Shown here one piece after another: positions 58,924-64,000 of a stretch of 64,000 nt of DNA. Each line of letters starts with the position of its first letter. The first letter of the stretch is position 1. Source of the stretch: an uncultured Gemmatimonadales bacterium (GTDB taxonomy: Bacteria > Gemmatimonadota > Gemmatimonadetes > Longimicrobiales > RSA9); NCBI GenBank assembly GCA_963798085.1, contig CAWCRS010000003.1, positions 128,001 to 192,000 on the forward strand, in the 5' to 3' direction. The position numbers and the translations under genes are program-made. The notes beneath the pieces are model-generated. The model was given only the letters and a program-made list of their open reading frames with translations. It had not been told where the DNA came from and did not search any database.

Positions 58924-60894
58924 GTGATCGACTGCGCACACCGCCTGTACCGGTATCGAGCCCTTCGCCTCCTCGCTTCCGCCGGGATCACGCTCGCGCT
59001 GGCGGCCACAGCGCCACGCCGGGTCGCCGCGCAGATCACGGTGGGCCGCAATGTGCAGGTGAGCGCGGCGCGTCCGAACGACATTCATTCCGAGGTCATT
59101 CTGGCCGCTGATCCCCTGCACGCGGAGCGCCTCCTGGCCGGCGTGCACATCAGCTGGGCCGACACCGTGGGCATCAAATCGATCGCCTACGTTTCGTTCG
59201 ACGGTGGCAGGACGTGGGACGTGTCGCTCGAGCGACGTGACTCCACGATCACGGCAGATCCCGCAGTTGCCTACGGTCCGGATGGCTCGGCGTACTTCGC
59301 CACACTGGCGCGCTGGGGGTTCTACCGCTCGCGCAATGGCGGTCGCACGTGGGATCCGCCGAGCAGAGTGCCGCCCGCGTACGCCTGGGACCGCGAGTAC
59401 ATCGTCTCCGATTTCACGGACGGCAAATACCGCGGTCGCGTGTACATGAACTCGACAGTCTTCCCCGTGTGGATCTCGCCGCCGGCCGACACGACCGCGG
59501 GACGCGGGGCTGGCGCGGGCCAGCGTGAGTACGGTGTGGGCATTTTCACGTCGACGGATGGCGGCACCACGTTCAACAACCCCATCATGCGCCTCGTCGT
59601 CCGCCCCGAGGGCATCCTGGGAATGGCGAACAGCGTGGTGCTCTCGGACGGAACGCTGGTGACGTTGTACGGACACTCGAAGGGCACGCAGACCGGCCGC
59701 GGCGGGGCCGGCGTGCCGTTGCCCGCCGCGAACTACTGGCTCGAAGTCGTTACTTCAACGGATGGCGGCGAGACGCTCACGAATGCCTTCCGCATCGGCG
59801 ACTACTACATGAACCGCCCGCGCTCCGAGGGCGCCGTCATCCCGCACCTGGCCGTGGACCCGGGCTCCGCGCTGTTCAAGGACCGGCTGTACGCCGTGTG
59901 GAGCGACTTTCGCACGAACCGGCTCGAAATCCTGCTCTCCTGGTCGAGCGACAAGGGCAAGACCTGGTCCGACCCCATCACCATCAATGACGATCGCGCC
60001 GCGGCCGACCCGCTGAAGGATGGCCCGGACAACATCACGCCCACGGTCGCCGTAAATCGGGATGGCGTGGTGGCGGTCTCGTGGTACGACCGGCGCGACT
60101 TCACCAATGACATGGGCTGGAACATCCGCTTCCGCGCCTCGCTCGATGGCGGTGAGACCTGGCAGCCGAGTGTGAAAGTGACGGACAAGGCCACGGCGTT
60201 CGGCGGCAATGAAGTCTGGGTGGCCGCGGGCAACAGTCGAACTGCCGGCAACGCCGCGCGCAGCGGCGGCCGCTATGTCGGACTCTCCGCCCGGCTCAGC
60301 AACGCAGGCTTCACCTTCGCGCCCGGCCACAATGGCGCGTTCGTGGCGGACGCTAACGGCGTGTTTCACCCGATGTGGATCGATTACCGGACCGGCGTCG
60401 CGCAGGTGTTTACCGCGCCGGTGACCGTCAACGCCAGGGTCGCACTGAATGGCGGCGGTGATCTGGCGGAGCTGCACGATCTTTCGGGAACCGTAAGCCT
60501 GCAGCTGACGAAGACCAGCTACGATCGCCGCAACAACCGTCTCACGTTCCAGGCACGGCTGAAGAACACAGGCAAGAGCGACACGATCCGGGGCCCGCTC
60601 AAGGCGCGCGTGCTGAGCTTTTCCTCGGAAGTGGCGAGGACGATCGAGATCGCCAACGCGGACAATCAGCTGCGCGGTGTGGGCGCTGTCTGGGACTTCA
60701 CGCCGCTGCTTCCGAAAGGCGGGCTGCTGCCCGATTCTCTCACCGCCGCCCGCGATCTGGTGTTCCAGCTGGCGGAGTTGCAACCGTTCCGGCAGGGCAC
60801 GGAGCTCAAGCTGGGGTTCGTCAACCTCGTGGCCCGCATCCTCGGGCCGGCCGCGCCAGCCAGACGTGCTGCGGTGCCGGGTGGCGAAGACTGA
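58924..60894 (+). CDS. Secreted BNR/Asp-box (sialidase-like) protein
   Basis: GAGGAGG SD; signal peptide; SFDGGRTW, SRNGGRTW, STDGG, SSDKGKTW, SLDGGETW. Confidence 0.82.
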   Translation: MIDCAHRLYRYRALRLLASAGITLALAATAPRRVAAQITVGRNVQVSAARPNDIHSEVILAADPLHAERLLAGVHISWADTVGIKSIAYVSFDGGRTWDVSLERRDSTITADPAVAYGPDGSAYFATLARWGFYRSRNGGRTWDPPSRVPPAYAWDREYIVSDFTDGKYRGRVYMNSTVFPVWISPPADTTAGRGAGAGQREYGVGIFTSTDGGTTFNNPIMRLVVRPEGILGMANSVVLSDGTLVTLYGHSKGTQTGRGGAGVPLPAANYWLEVVTSTDGGETLTNAFRIGDYYMNRPRSEGAVIPHLAVDPGSALFKDRLYAVWSDFRTNRLEILLSWSSDKGKTWSDPITINDDRAAADPLKDGPDNITPTVAVNRDGVVAVSWYDRRDFTNDMGWNIRFRASLDGGETWQPSVKVTDKATAFGGNEVWVAAGNSRTAGNAARSGGRYVGLSARLSNAGFTFAPGHNGAFVADANGVFHPMWIDYRTGVAQVFTAPVTVNARVALNGGGDLAELHDLSGTVSLQLTKTSYDRRNNRLTFQARLKNTGKSDTIRGPLKARVLSFSSEVARTIEIANADNQLRGVGAVWDFTPLLPKGGLLPDSLTAARDLVFQLAELQPFRQGTELKLGFVNLVARILGPAAPARRAAVPGGED

Positions 60895-61814
60895 TGGATG
60901 CCGCCCGGCTCATGCGGTGCGCGTCCACCTGTGCACTGCTCGCGCTCACCACATCGCCGCGGCCGGCCCGTGCGCAGGCCACTGGCGCACACAGCGCATT
61001 GGCTGCCTACAATGTCGCCGGTAAGGACCCGGTGCAATTCGAGCTGGAGAAGCCGCTGCGCGAGATTTCCGGCCTCGCCATCAATGCACAGGGTCACATT
61101 TTCGCGCACCAGGACGAGCGCGCGCTCGTCTTCCGGCTGGATCCCGCGAACGGTCGGGTGACGGAGAGCTTCCGCGTGGGCCACAACGGCGTGAGCGGCG
61201 ATTTCGAGGGCATCGCCATTGCCGGCAGGCGCTTCTTCCTCGTGTCCAGCAATGGCACACTGCTCGAGTTCGCGGAAGGCCAGGACGACGCGTCGGTCGA
61301 GTATCAGCGCACCAACCTGGGCACGCGCTCGCAGTGCACGGAGATCGAGGGCCTCGAGTACGACGCGCGCCGCGAGGAGCTGCTGCTCGCCTGCAAGATC
61401 CCCGAGCACAAACTGCGCGACCGACTGCTCGTGCTGGCCTGGTCGCTGCGCACGAAAGCGCTGCTGCCGGAGCCGCGCTTCTCGATCCCGCTCGACGACC
61501 TGAAGGAAAAAGGCGAGCCCGCAAAGCTCAACCCGTCCGGCATCGCCATCCATCCGATCACGGGCACGATCTTCCTCGTCGCCTCGGAGCAGGGCCTCCT
61601 CGTCGAACTGGACCCCGCCGGCCACGTGCTCGGAGTCGCCGAGCTGCGCCGCAAGACCCACCCCCAGCCCGAAGGCATCACCTTTGCGCCCGACGGCACC
61701 CTGTACATCTCCGACGAAGGCCGTTCCGGCCACGGCCAGCTTTCCGTCTATCCGCCGGATCGCGCGAAACTGCCCGGCCGGGCTGGTTCGGGAGGCCGGG
61801 GGGTGCCAAACTGA
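60894..61814 (+). CDS. SdiA-regulated (YjiK-like) beta-propeller protein
   Basis: LREISGL, HQDE, DFEGI, EIEGL, NPSGIAIHP, QPEGITF..LYISDEG. Confidence 0.82.
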   Translation: MDAARLMRCASTCALLALTTSPRPARAQATGAHSALAAYNVAGKDPVQFELEKPLREISGLAINAQGHIFAHQDERALVFRLDPANGRVTESFRVGHNGVSGDFEGIAIAGRRFFLVSSNGTLLEFAEGQDDASVEYQRTNLGTRSQCTEIEGLEYDARREELLLACKIPEHKLRDRLLVLAWSLRTKALLPEPRFSIPLDDLKEKGEPAKLNPSGIAIHPITGTIFLVASEQGLLVELDPAGHVLGVAELRRKTHPQPEGITFAPDGTLYISDEGRSGHGQLSVYPPDRAKLPGRAGSGGRGVPN

Positions 61815-61844
61815 GCCTGGAACTGCGTTGCCGGGAGGATCAAC

Positions 61845-61866
61845 AGGCGTTGCCGGGGCAACGCCT
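61845..61866. other. Perfect 9-bp hairpin
   Basis: AGGCGTTGC-CGGG-GCAACGCCT; flank GGATCAACAGGCGTTGC resembles the modular repeat. Confidence 0.5.
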
Positions 61867-61920
61867 CTAACGCAGGATTAGCGCAACCACCACGGACCGA
61901 CGAACAGGCTGACGGAAACA

Positions 61921-62430
61921 ATGAAGAAAGTCCTGCTGCTGCGCCACGCGAAATCGAGCTGGGACGAGGAGGCGTTGCCTGATTTTCAGCGACCGCTGGC
62001 CGAGCGCGGGCGAGGGGCGGCGCAGCGCATGGGCGAGTACATGGCGTCGAAGGGCCTGGTGCCGGACGGCGTGCTGTGCTCGGGTGCGCGCCGGGCGGTG
62101 GAGACCTGGGAGCTGGTCGCGCCCGCGCTCGACAGTCCTCGCGTCCACATCGACGACAACCTCTACATGGCCTCGCCCGATGCGATCCTGGCGTGGCTGC
62201 GGCGCCTGCAGTCGGAGATGAAGGTCGTGCTGCTCATCGGACACAACCCCGGCTTCGAGGAGCTGGCCAGGCGGCTGGTGGGCGACGGCAAGAAGAAAGC
62301 GCTCAAGCAGCTGCACAGGAAATACCCGACCGGCGCGCTTGCCGTGATCCGTTTCAATGTGGCGGGCTGGCCCGACATCATGGACGCGGGCGGCTACATC
62401 GAGCGCTTCATCCGGCCGCGCGACCTGTAG
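61921..62430 (+). CDS. sixA: Phosphohistidine phosphatase, SixA family
   Basis: LLRHAKS, RPL..RG, CS.ARRA.ET, IGHNPG. Confidence 0.92.
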   Translation: MKKVLLLRHAKSSWDEEALPDFQRPLAERGRGAAQRMGEYMASKGLVPDGVLCSGARRAVETWELVAPALDSPRVHIDDNLYMASPDAILAWLRRLQSEMKVVLLIGHNPGFEELARRLVGDGKKKALKQLHRKYPTGALAVIRFNVAGWPDIMDAGGYIERFIRPRDL

Positions 62431-62479
62431 CGCCGCAACGGGCGGGACCGGGCGCTCGCCCCGGCCCGCCCGCTCGGTC

Positions 62480-63055
62480 TCAGCCCGCAGCCTTCTTCCT
62501 GACCGCGGACTTCGTCGTCTTCGTCGCGGGCTTCTTCACCTTTGCCGCGGGCTTCTTCTTTGCCGGCGGTTTCGTGGGTTCGGGCAGCTTGCCTACTTCC
62601 TCCCAGCCGGCAAACCGGCCCACGAGCGGACCCGGCAGGGGCGGCCACTGGCCGGTCGCGTCGAACGTCACTCTCGCCATGTACCAGCGCTGCGTGACCA
62701 GCTGCGCTTCCGGCCGCTGCGCGACGATCTTTCCGCCCACGTTCTCCCAGCCTGCCGTGTACAGATCCAGCCACGCCAGCATGCCGTCCGCACCGCCCGC
62801 CACGTTGCGCTCATCCACGGCCAGGCGGTAGGCCGGGCCGGACGGCGAATTCACCGGCAGTCCACGCTCGTGCGCATCCACCAGATCGGCCAGCCAGTCC
62901 TTGTAGCTGCGTTGCAGGAACGATCCCAGCTGACTGGTGGCGAAGTCTTCGGGCGCGAGCGTGGTGGGGCCGGCGCTGCCCACCGCGGGCACACGGCCCA
63001 TGCGCACGTATGCATTGGTGTTGCGGTCGAGCGTGAGTTTCTGCGGGATCTTCAT
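62480..63055 (-). CDS. Hypothetical protein with Lys/Ala/Pro-rich histone-H1-like tail
   Basis: GAGG SD before ATG 63055; tail KPPAKKKPAAKVKKPATKTTKSAVRKKAAG. Confidence 0.65.
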   Translation of the reverse strand: MKIPQKLTLDRNTNAYVRMGRVPAVGSAGPTTLAPEDFATSQLGSFLQRSYKDWLADLVDAHERGLPVNSPSGPAYRLAVDERNVAGGADGMLAWLDLYTAGWENVGGKIVAQRPEAQLVTQRWYMARVTFDATGQWPPLPGPLVGRFAGWEEVGKLPEPTKPPAKKKPAAKVKKPATKTTKSAVRKKAAG

Positions 63056-63125
63056 GTGTTGCCCTCTGCGGGTGTACGCGCACGCGGCCTGCCGCCCGCG
63101 GGCGCGGGCGGCAGGCGATTCGCGG

Positions 63126-64000
63126 CTAGGCCGTGCGCGGCTTGCCGAACGGATCCTCCAGCGACGGGCTCTGCGGCGTGAGCAGTTCCGCGCCCGTCTC
63201 CGTGATGTGCATGTCATCCTCCAGGCGCACGCCGAATTCGCCGCGGATGTAGATGCCGGGCTCGTCGCTGAACATCATGTGCGGCTGCAGTAACAGCGTG
63301 TTACCGCGCACCAGGTACGGCCATTCGTGGCCGTCCATGCCAATGCCGTGGCCCACGCGGTGCGTGAAGTTGGTGTAGTCGGGGCCGTAGCCGGCATCAG
63401 TGATGACCTTGCGCGCCGCGGCGTCCACCGACTGCGCCTCCACGCCCGGCCGGGCCGCGGCCAGCGCAGCCGACTGCGCGCGGAACTCGATCTCGAACAC
63501 ATCCTTCATCTTCTGCGCAGGCGAGCCCAGCACGAAGGTGCGGCTGATGTCGGAGTGGTAGCCCTCGACCGTGCAGCCGCCGTCGATCAGCAGGATGGTC
63601 CCTTCGCGGATGCTCTGCGGCGTGATCGAGCCGTGCGGCAGCGCCGAGTACTCGGCCACGTTGACGCTGGCGCTGCCGGCGAAACCCAGGCGATCGTGCG
63701 CCTGGCTCACCAGTCTGCCGAAATCGTTCTGCGTCATGCCTTCCTTGAGCGCGTGGTACGCCGCCTCGTACGCCTTCAGGGTGACCTCGGACGCCAGGCG
63801 CATCAGCTCGATCTCGTGCGCATCCTTGATCATGCGGCAGCCCGCTGTCACCGGCGTGGCGCTGGTCAGCTTGAGCGCGGGCGCGGCGTGCGCAATGCCG
63901 TCGCTGAAGACATAACGCACGGTTTCCTCGATGCCCACGCGACCCGTGGCCACGCCGCGATCCTTGAGACCGCCTGCAATCAATGCGTAAGGACTCTCGT
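63126..64000 (-). CDS. Xaa-Pro peptidase (M24); 5'-partial
   Basis: ALPHG, IDGG..GYHSDISRT, HRVGHGIG.DGHE, SDEPG, GVRLED. Confidence 0.94.
   Translation of the reverse strand, partial: ESPYALIAGGLKDRGVATGRVGIEETVRYVFSDGIAHAAPALKLTSATPVTAGCRMIKDAHEIELMRLASEVTLKAYEAAYHALKEGMTQNDFGRLVSQAHDRLGFAGSASVNVAEYSALPHGSITPQSIREGTILLIDGGCTVEGYHSDISRTFVLGSPAQKMKDVFEIEFRAQSAALAAARPGVEAQSVDAAARKVITDAGYGPDYTNFTHRVGHGIGMDGHEWPYLVRGNTLLLQPHMMFSDEPGIYIRGEFGVRLEDDMHITETGAELLTPQSPSLEDPFGKPRTA

Noticed and set aside
1..64000. Prophage, IS, integron, rRNA or tRNA
   Set aside because: No integrase, transposase or virion motifs, no RNA-gene signatures and no obvious compositional island seen by eye

Overview
This 64 kb window is high-GC (roughly 70% by eye), gene-dense bacterial chromosome. 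Its gene repertoire points to Gemmatimonadota or a similar Acidobacteriota-like lineage (inference): PadR plus duplicated orphan (ADOP) permeases, beta-propeller and BNR/VPS10 secreted proteins, and Gly/Arg-rich linkers. About 50 protein genes are supportable. They cover peptidases (S41, M28, M24), transporters (MATE, APC, CaCA, P1B-3 ATPase, TonB receptor, Zn/Mn binding protein plus permease), two two-component systems, an ECF42 sigma/YCII pair, arfB, a USP-pal-slt cluster, ppk1 and sixA. No rRNA, tRNA, CRISPR array, transposase or prophage gene was recognised. Thirteen apparent single-base frameshifts split otherwise intact genes. Most sit at GATG/CATC, suggesting motif-specific long-read errors rather than pseudogenes. 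Best leads: (1) ppk1 translationally coupled to a PycTM/DUF5706-like membrane protein that faces a DUF2652 class-III-cyclase-like gene, a Pycsar-like pair tied to polyphosphate; (2) a His/Cys leader ORF ending in RAPP, with an anti-SD in its last codons, ahead of an ATPase-less metal-uptake operon, plus a leaderless relative ending in NGPP; (3) a dispersed modular inverted-repeat family; (4) a small single-TM protein and long leader ahead of an APC permease. All family calls are from recalled motifs; no searches were run.
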